NCBI GenBank assembly: GCA_963818905.1
Contig: CAWFUE010000084.1
Coordinates: 9,254-73,253 of the forward strand
DNA length: 64,000 bases
Source of the DNA: an uncultured Acidobacteriaceae bacterium
Lineage (GTDB): Bacteria; Acidobacteriota; Terriglobia; Terriglobales; Acidobacteriaceae
Direction of reading: 5' to 3'
The notes under the pieces were generated by a model. The model was not told where the DNA came from. It saw nothing but the letters and a program-made list of their open reading frames with translations, and searched no databases. The first letter of the stretch is position 1. Every line of letters begins with the position of its first letter. The translations under genes and the position numbers were made by a program. Shown here piece after piece: positions 19,201-26,640 of this stretch.

Positions 19201-19592
19201 ATCTTCCAGCGCAGGTGGTCGGGCAAGGCCAGGGGAGCTGTGGTCCGTACTACCTGACCTGTCTGAACCCGAACGGGTTTGTTCCGTCGGCTGGGCTGAC
19301 AACGTTTCCAAATCAACTTCGCAACGCCTATCATGGGCCCGGGTTCTTCGACTCGGACTTCAGTATTACTAAGAACTTCAAGGTCACCGAGCGTGTAGCC
19401 TTTGGTGCGGGTGCGACCTTCTACAACGTATTCAACCATCCGAATTTTGCCCAGCCGGGAAACCTCTATGGAACGACTACGTTCGGCCAAGTCACAGAAC
19501 AGACCGCTCCGCCTACCACTCCTTTCGGATCGTTCTTCCCCGGTTCGCCTGCCGGCCGAATGATTCAACTACAGGGCAGGATCGTCTTCTAG
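16299..19592 (+). CDS. TonB-dependent receptor with carboxypeptidase-regulatory-like N-terminal domain
   Basis: GGAGGAG SD before ATG 16299 and a signal peptide [28 protein letters not shown]. CarboxypepD_reg-like segment ([49 protein letters not shown]), plug region, long beta-barrel, and terminal aromatic residue (GRIVF). Confidence 0.85.
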   Translation: [1097 protein letters not shown]

Positions 19593-19612
19593 AGGCTTCA
19601 ATTGGCTTCGCT

Positions 19613-19640
19613 CAGGCGGCCTTTCGGGGTCGCCTTTTTT
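19613..19640 (+). terminator. Rho-independent terminator after the TonB-dependent receptor gene
   Basis: GC-rich hairpin GGCGGCC-TTTCG-GGGTCGCC (one G:U pair) followed directly by TTTTTT, about 20 nt after the stop codon. Confidence 0.7.
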
Positions 19641-19760
19641 GTTGTACCTTTTTCTGTAACGGCTAAAGCGGACTGCGTACGACCTGCAACGTTACCGGCA
19701 GTGTAGACGCGTTGCGTCGTGTCCTTCGCGGAGTAATGCACTGAATCTTCAATGTTGCTT

Positions 19761-19836
19761 TGGTGGACCTGGTCGGGATCGAACCGACGACCTCTTCCAT
19801 GCCATGGAAGCGCGCTCCCAGCTGCGCCACAGGCCC
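19761..19836 (-). tRNA. tRNA-Ala (anticodon GGC)
   Basis: The reverse complement folds by hand into a 76-nt cloverleaf: GGGCCTG/TG/GCGC-AGCTGGGA-GCGC/G/CTTCC-AT GGC AT-GGAAG/AGGTC/GTCGG-TTCGATC-CCGAC/CAGGTCC/A/CCA. It has the G3:U70 alanine identity pair, a T-loop TTCGATC and an encoded CCA. Confidence 0.95.
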
Positions 19837-20004
19837 ACTTACGGAGGGACGGCGCTGAAATCTCAGCGCCTGAAGTATTTTCTCCCAGCAGCACCTCGTA
19901 GTCAAACCCACACGGCAGATTGCGACGCTTTCCCCGCGCATGACATAAGCCGAAATCACTAACTCGCGACAGATCACTGGCGGCACGTCGATGGCTCAAC
20001 TATA

Positions 20005-21255
20005 TTGGCAGCGATGCCTTCGCTTTCCCTTTCCGATTTGATTGGCGCGCCGGCGATCGACAACACGGGTCTGCGCGCCGGGAAGGTGCGCGAAGTTGCG
20101 CTGACTCCGCAGGAGAGCTCCAGTCAAGTTACAGGTTTTGTGATCAAGACGCCCCAGGGCGACCGCCTGGTTCCAGCCAACGCAGTCAGCATAATTGATC
20201 ATGGCGTGCGGGTCGCCACCAACGCCGGCGACTGGGATTCCTATGGTGGCGGCGAGGGCTTGCTATTGCTGGAACGTGATCTGCTTGATCAGCAGATCAT
20301 TGATGTGCACGGCCGCAAGGTGGTGCGTGTCAATGACGTCGACATACATGCGGAACGGGACGATGGTCATGTTGTCCTCAAGATTGGCGCGGTGGACGTG
20401 GGAGCGCGCGGCGCCATACGCCGGCTGCTGAAAGGTGTGCTTCCTGCCGCAGCACTGCGCTCATTGCTGGAAAAAATTCCGCCCCGATTGATTCCCTGGG
20501 ATTTTGTCGATCTCATCGAGATCGATCCGGCCCGGCGCGTGAAGCTAAAGATCTCGCTTGCACGTCTGGCCCAGCTTCACCCCGCTGACATTGCCGACAT
20601 CGTGGAAGAGTTGCCGCCGGCTGAGCGGGAAGCCGTCTTTGAGACGCTCGATGAAGAAGTAGCCGCTGAAACCCTGGAGGAGATCGATCCCAAGGTGCAG
20701 GTCTCGATTCTCAGTTCGCTGGATTCCGACCGTGCCGCCGATATCGTCGAGGAAATGGATCCGGATGCTGCGGCTGATTTGTTGGCCGATATGCATCCCG
20801 ACGACTCGCGCGAGATCCTCACCGAGATGCAGCCGGAGGAGCGCGCAGAAGTCGCCGAGTTGATGAATTTCGAGGAGAACACGGCGGCCGGCCGCATGAC
20901 CACGGACTACATGGCGCTGACGGCGAGCGCCAAAGTGGAAGATGCTATCGAGATGCTGCGCAACTTTGAAGGTGGCCTGGAGAGCCTCAGCACGATCTAC
21001 ATTATCGGCGAAAAAGACAAACTGCTGGGCGCAGTGCCGCTAGCCAAAGTTGTGTTGGCGCCGGCGGGAACGCCGCTGATGATGCTGAGTACCGGCCATA
21101 TCACCACCATTCATCCTGGCGCCGACGAGAAGCGAATCGCGGAACTGTTCGACAAATACAACCTGCTGGCGTTGCCTGTGATCGACGACGAAGGCGTGTT
21201 GACCGGCGTGATTACCGCCGACGATGTGATCAACATGCTAAGGGCGAAGCTGTAG
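20005..21255 (+). CDS. Soluble PRC-barrel / MgtE N-terminal domain / CBS-pair protein (no MgtE membrane domain)
   Basis: N-terminal PRC-barrel-like segments (DLIGAPAIDNTGLRAGKVREV; LLDQQIIDVHGRKVVRVNDVDI). MgtE_N acidic helical repeats (LHPADIADIVEELPPAEREAVFETL ... DIVEEMDPDAAADLLADM ... EILTEMQPEERAEV). CBS pair (LLGAVPLAKV, LALPVIDDEGVLTGVITADDVI). The ORF ends without TM helices. Confidence 0.75.
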   Translation: MAAMPSLSLSDLIGAPAIDNTGLRAGKVREVALTPQESSSQVTGFVIKTPQGDRLVPANAVSIIDHGVRVATNAGDWDSYGGGEGLLLLERDLLDQQIIDVHGRKVVRVNDVDIHAERDDGHVVLKIGAVDVGARGAIRRLLKGVLPAAALRSLLEKIPPRLIPWDFVDLIEIDPARRVKLKISLARLAQLHPADIADIVEELPPAEREAVFETLDEEVAAETLEEIDPKVQVSILSSLDSDRAADIVEEMDPDAAADLLADMHPDDSREILTEMQPEERAEVAELMNFEENTAAGRMTTDYMALTASAKVEDAIEMLRNFEGGLESLSTIYIIGEKDKLLGAVPLAKVVLAPAGTPLMMLSTGHITTIHPGADEKRIAELFDKYNLLALPVIDDEGVLTGVITADDVINMLRAKL

Positions 21256-21274
21256 CACTCTGCGAGCCGCACCT

Positions 21275-22234
21275 TCATTCATGACTCTGGGGCTCGTTGC
21301 CGTTGAGGCGGTATACCATCGCCGTCTTGGTGCAGCCCAGTGCGAGCCAGTCCTGCACGTCGCGTTGCAGCGACACATAAAACTGCACGGCCAGCTTCTT
21401 TTGTTTTTCAGCTATTTCTTCTCGATTGGCGAACTTGACCTGGAACGCGAATTCACCGACCAGAGCTTTGTGCTCGCCGCGTGTCCGCCATAAGCCGATA
21501 TCGCACTTGGCGACAACGCCTTTGCCGAAATCTAACTGACCGAGCGGTAGCAGTAGCTCCTCAACAATGCCTCCGTTGACGAGAGCTATCTTTTCGTCAT
21601 CTGATTTCTTCAGGGCGGCCAATGCTGGAAAGACACGAGTCAAGGTAGCCATCGAGGCTGCATTGCCCTCGTGCATCTGGCTTAATCCAAACTGGCAATT
21701 GTGGGAGTACAGAAGACGATAGCCGCCGACCGAATCCTTCAGAGGCAGCGCCTCTGCCTTGAACTTGATCCGATACTTCCCGGCGATCTTCGGCCTTACG
21801 TCGACGGCCGTGGCCGCTGCTTCGTCGGGATGGCGGAATTTGAAGACGATCTCCGGGTCGCCCAAAGGAAAGCCATCGACATACGAAATACGGCGCCGGA
21901 GAATAAAAGCATTGTTGTACAGGCGAAAGTCGGGAGTGTCGCCGAAGACGATCTCCCTAGTTTGAGGACGCAGGCCGGTTTCGCGATCGACGATAAATCC
22001 GACACCAACCTTCTTTGCCGTCTGCGCTACAAGCTTGCCGAACTGACGGAAGCTATCGACCGAGGTGAAACGGTCGGGCTTCAAAATGAGCTTGGCTTCC
22101 AGGTAAGTGACGCGGTCAAGCGGGGTTCCATCCGCATACGTGCCTGCAGCTGCCGGCGCCGCAGTTGTGGGTTGCGTTTTCTTGCTCTTCTCTTGCTTAC
22201 CCTTCTTGCTTGCTTTCTTCTCGTTCTTGGGCAT
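21275..22234 (-). CDS. Hypothetical protein with lysine-rich N-terminus and a possible CYTH/triphosphate-tunnel-like beta pattern
   Basis: ATG 22234 (MPKNEKK) sits 6 nt after GGAGG; ORF-track 22246 is a GTG upstream of it. The N-terminal about 30 aa are K-rich and low complexity. The rest shows alternating charged beta-strand-like segments (LEAKLILK, REIVFGD, LRRRISY, EIVFKFR, YRIKFKAE, GEFAFQVKF). I recognise no family securely. Confidence 0.55.
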   Translation of the reverse strand: MPKNEKKASKKGKQEKSKKTQPTTAAPAAAGTYADGTPLDRVTYLEAKLILKPDRFTSVDSFRQFGKLVAQTAKKVGVGFIVDRETGLRPQTREIVFGDTPDFRLYNNAFILRRRISYVDGFPLGDPEIVFKFRHPDEAAATAVDVRPKIAGKYRIKFKAEALPLKDSVGGYRLLYSHNCQFGLSQMHEGNAASMATLTRVFPALAALKKSDDEKIALVNGGIVEELLLPLGQLDFGKGVVAKCDIGLWRTRGEHKALVGEFAFQVKFANREEIAEKQKKLAVQFYVSLQRDVQDWLALGCTKTAMVYRLNGNEPQSHE

Positions 22235-22411
22235 GTCAGCCTCCACAATGCTGCCAGATAAACCTGGAGCTCATTGTTTGCCGCCATTGGTCAACCGGCG
22301 GTTTCTGTTTACGCTGGAATTCGCGCTCAATTGTCTAACGCAGTTGGCTCGACGCACACTAGGGAAATTACTAGGTGTAAAGTGAAAACTACTTATACCG
22401 CCTCCGACGAA

Positions 22412-23326
22412 TCAATTACCGAATCGATCCAGCAGCAGTCCCTGCCGGAGACCGTGATCGCTGATCGACAGCTTGTGCTTAGCAAGCTTGTCCATCACCG
22501 TCTTGACGATGCAGGCTCCCGCCAGAATCACGTCGGCGCGTTTTGGCTGCAGGCCGACAATCGTGCGACGCTCGTCCAGCGATTTCGTGCGATAAAGCCC
22601 GATCTGGCGTTCCACCTCGTCACGTTCAAGTACTGATCCCTGAATGACGTTGGGATCATACTTGGCAAGCTGGTGCTTCACCGCGGCCATGTTGGTAATT
22701 GCGCCTCCCATGCCGACGAGAGTATCGGGCGAGCTTGCGGTGTCGAGCCGAGCCATGTCAGTGCTGATGGCATTGAGCGCGGAACGGAGCTGCTCGGGAG
22801 AGACGGCTCCGTCCAGGCTGAACTGCTCGGTGTAACGAACAGCGCCGACATTCAGGCTGTAACGCTCCTGGACAGTGGATCCGCGGCCGAAGGTGAACTG
22901 CGTGCTTCCTCCACCGGTATCGAATATGACCAGCGAGCCTTCCGCCAGACCAAGACCGGACTTCACGGCCAGATAGGCAAGACGGCCTTCCTCTTCACCG
23001 GGGATGACTTCAATCGGCACGCCACAGCGGCGCTCAACCTCATCGATGAACTGCTGGCTGTTGTGCGCCGTCCGCATTCCCATGGTGCCGACGGCGACGA
23101 TCGCGGCTACTCCCTTTTGCTTCGCTTCGGCCGCCATGGCTGCAATTGCGGAGACGGTGCGCTCCATCGCATCGCTGCCGATTTCGCCGGTCTTTTCCAA
23201 TCCCTCGCCAAGGCGCGTGATCTCGGCGCGATCTACCACCGTGCGCCAGGCACCATCGTCACCCTTCTCGCTGATATTGAACTTGACGGAGTTCGTGCCG
23301 ACATCGATTACCGCATAGAGTGGCAT
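22412..23326 (-). CDS. Ppx/GppA-family phosphatase (exopolyphosphatase / guanosine pentaphosphate phosphohydrolase-like)
   Basis: GAGGAG SD before ATG 23326. ASKHA-fold Ppx/GppA motifs are present: AVIDVGTNSVKF, VAVGTMGMRTA, LVIFDTGGGSTQF, VGMGGAITN. Confidence 0.8.
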   Translation of the reverse strand: MPLYAVIDVGTNSVKFNISEKGDDGAWRTVVDRAEITRLGEGLEKTGEIGSDAMERTVSAIAAMAAEAKQKGVAAIVAVGTMGMRTAHNSQQFIDEVERRCGVPIEVIPGEEEGRLAYLAVKSGLGLAEGSLVIFDTGGGSTQFTFGRGSTVQERYSLNVGAVRYTEQFSLDGAVSPEQLRSALNAISTDMARLDTASSPDTLVGMGGAITNMAAVKHQLAKYDPNVIQGSVLERDEVERQIGLYRTKSLDERRTIVGLQPKRADVILAGACIVKTVMDKLAKHKLSISDHGLRQGLLLDRFGN

Positions 23327-23337
23327 GGCGATGCTCC

Positions 23338-23925
23338 TCAGCTCTTCATGCCGACGAGCTGCTTCAGGCCGCGCGGGTAATTTATGTTTGGGAAGCGATC
23401 CAGGCCCAGTTTGCGCACGGTCGCGATCACATGGGCAGGATCCTCAAGTTCGAGGGCGACCGTGCGAGTGCTCTGGCCGCCGGCTTTGACGTCCGTCATC
23501 TCAGCCATACAACCGTCAATCTTGTAACGCGCGCGTTTCTTATGCACGTTTACAACCCGCACTTCGGAACCTGGCTCGATCAATTCCTGGATGAATTGTT
23601 CGAGCGTGTAAGATCCTCGCGAGGCGGTCGGGGCCTCAATCCCGAGCACGTCGAAGACTTTTGATACTTCAACCGTTGGCAAAGGAAAGCTGCCTTTCAT
23701 CACTGGACGCCATTGCTCCAGACCGTCAGCGTTGACCTGCTGCAGCGTCTTAATATCCATCAGAGCGTCGCGGACCTTGACATTCTCATCGTTGACGGAT
23801 GAGAGGAAGTAAACCTCATCACTGTCCTGAACGTCTTCTGGCTTTAGCGCGGCGATTCGCTCGTCTGCATCGCCGAAGCTGGTGCCGAAAGTTCTCCACT
23901 CCCAGCGAGGAATTATCACTGTCAT
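23338..23925 (-). CDS. CYTH-domain (triphosphate tunnel metalloenzyme-like) protein
   Basis: ATG 23925 (MTVIIPRWEWRTF) lies 6 nt after GGAG. C-terminal pattern RARYKIDGCMAEMTDVKAGGQSTRTVALELED resembles the CYTH R.R...D.v..lG.f.E.E strands. It sits 11 nt upstream of the Ppx gene on the same strand. Confidence 0.6.
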   Translation of the reverse strand: MTVIIPRWEWRTFGTSFGDADERIAALKPEDVQDSDEVYFLSSVNDENVKVRDALMDIKTLQQVNADGLEQWRPVMKGSFPLPTVEVSKVFDVLGIEAPTASRGSYTLEQFIQELIEPGSEVRVVNVHKKRARYKIDGCMAEMTDVKAGGQSTRTVALELEDPAHVIATVRKLGLDRFPNINYPRGLKQLVGMKS

Positions 23926-24038
23926 CGTCAGCTCCAATGGGTGCACAATTGTCGCCCCTCACTGTAACCGACGGAAGCCGATTCTGCCTAACGGTGAGCG
24001 ACGGCGCAGGCTCAATCTAAGATTTTGGTGGGCCGTTT

Positions 24039-24257
24039 TCAAAATTCATGCCGAGCCCACCAGCGTTTGAGAGCGATGACAGACCAGACGCCTTCGACCA
24101 GGCCGAAGGGCCATGCGCCCTGAAGGAACCCATAAACCGAGCCAAGAACACAGGACACTGCAAAGCCGAGGACGAACCAATGGTTCCGGTCCTCCAGCGC
24201 GTAGCACACCATCATCGCGGTGACGGCGAAAAGTCCAAACGTCGTAAGCCTGCTCAT
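24039..24257 (-). CDS. Small two/three-TM membrane protein (72 aa)
   Basis: MSRLTTFGLFAVTAMMVCYALEDRNHWFVLGFAVSCVLGSVYGFLQGAWPFGLVEGVWSVIALKRWW is hydrophobic helix-rich. ATG 24257 is preferred to ORF-track 24311. Confidence 0.5.
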   Translation of the reverse strand: MSRLTTFGLFAVTAMMVCYALEDRNHWFVLGFAVSCVLGSVYGFLQGAWPFGLVEGVWSVIALKRWWARHEF

Positions 24258-24500
24258 GCCGCTGTTTCCGCCTTTAGCTCCAATAGTCCCACCAATTCCG
24301 CTAAGTTCCAAACGCGATCCGCGAGTTCGCCTTCGCTGACGGTTTAGCTTGCTTATTGCTGGTAGAAGCGTAACAATTATTGTTTCGATGCCAGCACCAG
24401 CGCGATACGGAACGTGAGCCGCGTCGAGGATGGGCGCGGTTCTTCTTTTTGTAGCAAATGCGGTGCCATGGTCATCGAATGAAGTGAGGAAAAAGCGTCA

Positions 24501-24650
24501 CCTTGCAGCTTCAACATCCCCGTAGGTCGGGCGCCTAATCCCACCCCAACAACCGCAAAAGCGGCGCTGGTTGGGGCCGGAGCAAGCGTAGTGGATCTAC
24601 TGGAGCCGCGAGTCAGCTTTCAACATCCCCGTTCCGGGGCGTGAAATCTC
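24501..24650 (+). promoter_or_regulatory. NAD+ class I riboswitch (nadA motif), two tandem domains
   Basis: Two copies of the conserved core CAACAUCCCCG(U) at 24511-24521 and 24620-24630. Each sits in a stem context: domain 1 P1 is CUUGC (24501-05) paired with GCAAG (24581-85); domain 2 is GGAG (24601-04) paired with CUCC (24647-50). The element lies directly upstream of nadA, the only context in which this motif has been described (Acidobacteria). Confidence 0.8.
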
Positions 24651-24698
24651 CGATCAAAACGGAAACCACGTTGCCGGGACTGAAGGCAGAGACAGAAG

Positions 24699-25817
24699 AT
24701 GGCTACAGCACCGATTACAGAAGCGGCATCCTGTTCGCTGGAAAATTATCTCGTACTGCCGGACCGCTCGATGGATGAACGCATCGCAGCGGCGAAAGAA
24801 GAACTGGGCAGTGAGTGCATTATCCTTGGTCATCATTATCAGCGCGATGAAGTAGTGCGCTTCGCCGATTGTCGTGGCGACTCCTATCGGTTGTCGCAGA
24901 TGGCGGCGCAGGCCGGGGGCAGTTACATCGTCTTCTGCGGCGTCCACTTTATGGCGGAGAGCGCGGACATTCTGGCGCGTCCCGGACAAGCCGTCCTGCT
25001 GCCCGATCTTAATGCCGGCTGCTCGATGGCGGATATGGCTGAGATCGGTCAGGTCGAAGATGCCTGGGAGCAGTTTGTGAGGCTCGGCCTCACCGACGAC
25101 GACGGAAACGGAATCACGCCGATCACCTACATGAATTCGACGGCGGCGATTAAAGCCTTTTGCGGCGAGCGCGGCGGAATGGTTTGCACTTCATCGAATG
25201 CGAAAGGCGCCTTCGACTGGGCGTTCCAGCGTAACGAAAAGATTTTCTTTCTTCCCGATCAGCATCTGGGCCGCAATACCGGATTCGCGCGCGGCATTCC
25301 ACTGGACGAAATGGTGGTGTGGGACCCGTATCAGTTGCAAGGCGGTCAGAGCGCCGAACGTTTGCGCAAGGCGAAAGTGATTCTGTGGAAGGGGCACTGT
25401 TCGGTTCACCAGCGTTTTTTACCGGAACACGTCGATAAAGTTCGCACCAGCTATCCCGCCATACAGGTGATCGTTCATCCGGAATGCCGTTGGGAGGTTT
25501 GCCAGAAGGCGGACGGAATTGGCTCGACCGACCACATCATCAAGGTAGTCACGCAAGCGGCGCCGGGATCGTCATTTGCCATCGGCACCGAAATTCACCT
25601 GGTCAATCGCCTGGCGAAGGAGAATCCCGACAAGCACGTCATTACGCTGGATGACTCGGGCTGCCTGTGCACGACCATGTTTCGCATCTCGCCGCAGCAT
25701 TTGTGCTGGGCATTGGAGAACCTGGTGGACGGCAATGTCGTGAACCAGATCCAGGTGAAAGAAAATGTCAAGATGTGGGCGCGCGCGGCTCTTGATAGGA
25801 TGTTAGAGATACAGTGA
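24699..25817 (+). CDS. nadA: Quinolinate synthase NadA
   Basis: ILGHHYQRDEVVRFADCRGDSYRLSQMAA, FCGVHFMAESADIL, PDLNAGCSMADM, YMNSTAAIKAF, VCTSSNA, HCSVH and HPEC are characteristic NadA blocks, including the Fe-S cysteines. Confidence 0.92.
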   Translation: MATAPITEAASCSLENYLVLPDRSMDERIAAAKEELGSECIILGHHYQRDEVVRFADCRGDSYRLSQMAAQAGGSYIVFCGVHFMAESADILARPGQAVLLPDLNAGCSMADMAEIGQVEDAWEQFVRLGLTDDDGNGITPITYMNSTAAIKAFCGERGGMVCTSSNAKGAFDWAFQRNEKIFFLPDQHLGRNTGFARGIPLDEMVVWDPYQLQGGQSAERLRKAKVILWKGHCSVHQRFLPEHVDKVRTSYPAIQVIVHPECRWEVCQKADGIGSTDHIIKVVTQAAPGSSFAIGTEIHLVNRLAKENPDKHVITLDDSGCLCTTMFRISPQHLCWALENLVDGNVVNQIQVKENVKMWARAALDRMLEIQ

Positions 25818-25948
25818 TTATCCGCAAGCGTCCTCGAGAGAAATTCTTACGGCGAGTCCCGCGGTATTGTTCAGATTTGCGGGAGCATCGCCGTCGTGTT
25901 ATGGAGCGCCTCAAGGCGCGAACTCTGACGAAAGTCGGAAACATCGAT

Positions 25949-26383
25949 ATGTCGCGCACATTTACCGTTTCTGAAGCCGAAGCCTTGCTGCCCGTCCTTG
26001 AGTCGTTGCTGCGCTCCGCGATCCAGGCGAAGACGCTGATCGAGGAAGTCGATGCTGAGCAGCAACAGCTCGCCAACCGTATTTTCGTGAACGGCGGCAC
26101 GCTGGTGGATATCGTCGCAGTAGCGCGCCGTAAGGCCGAGCGCGAGAAGGCACTGCAGAAGGCCAAGGACGCAGTCGCCGAGATCGACGCAACCGGGGTT
26201 CAGGTTAAGGACCTCGATATCGGGCTGCTCGATTTTCCTTGTTTGGTTGGTGAAGATGTGATCCTGCTGTGCTGGAAGCTGGGCGAGAAGAAGATCACCC
26301 ATTGGCATGGCATGCAGGAAGGGTTTGCGGGACGCAAGCCGATTGACGATCGCATTCTGCGCGGGCAGAAGAAGAGCAATTAG
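25949..26383 (+). CDS. DUF2203-family protein
   Basis: MSRTFTVSEAEALLPVLESLL at ATG 25949. C-terminal GVQVKDLDIGLLDFPCLVGEDVILLCWKLGEKKITHWHGMQEGFAGRKPID matches the DUF2203 pattern as recalled. ORF-track start 25814 overlaps the nadA end and is probably too long. Confidence 0.65.
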   Translation: MSRTFTVSEAEALLPVLESLLRSAIQAKTLIEEVDAEQQQLANRIFVNGGTLVDIVAVARRKAEREKALQKAKDAVAEIDATGVQVKDLDIGLLDFPCLVGEDVILLCWKLGEKKITHWHGMQEGFAGRKPIDDRILRGQKKSN

Positions 26384-26395
26384 CCGGCGAGCGGT

Positions 26396-26632
26396 ATGGC
26401 CGATGAGCTGCGCGAGAAGAAGATTGTGGTTTGTAAGCTCTGGCCATATCACGACCGAGCGTTCGCCATTAGACACTATTCGGCATGGTGGCGTCATTGC
26501 GCTGCTTGTGCGCAACAGATTGTTGTAACGAGCGAAGTGAAGAAGAGAAGCGATCCGGACTCTGTTGTCTTGTTTTGCGAACAATGCGCTGAACTGCAAG
26601 CGGTCTCGTCATTGAATCGCCCGTTCGACTAA
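26396..26632 (+). CDS. Hypothetical small Cys-rich protein (possible zinc ribbon)
   Basis: 78-aa ORF starting 13 nt after the DUF2203 stop. It has two CxxC pairs (CAAC, CEQC) plus one extra Cys. No family recognised. Confidence 0.35.
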   Translation: MADELREKKIVVCKLWPYHDRAFAIRHYSAWWRHCAACAQQIVVTSEVKKRSDPDSVVLFCEQCAELQAVSSLNRPFD

Positions 26633-26640
26633 GCATAGCT

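Noticed and set aside
19641-20004. tRNA-Ala considered as a possible integration hotspot or genomic-island boundary. A perfect 8-bp hairpin GGCGCTGA-AATC-TCAGCGCC lies at 19852-19871.
   Set aside because: No integrase, direct repeat of the tRNA 3' end or phage-like genes occur nearby. The hairpin lacks a following T-run on the tRNA strand and may simply be leader structure.
24420-24456. Weak hairpin (CCGCG...CGCGG) followed by TTCTTCTTTTT upstream of the riboswitch, considered as a terminator.
   Set aside because: The stem is only 5 bp and no plus-strand gene ends upstream of it. It is probably fortuitous or part of the promoter/leader region.
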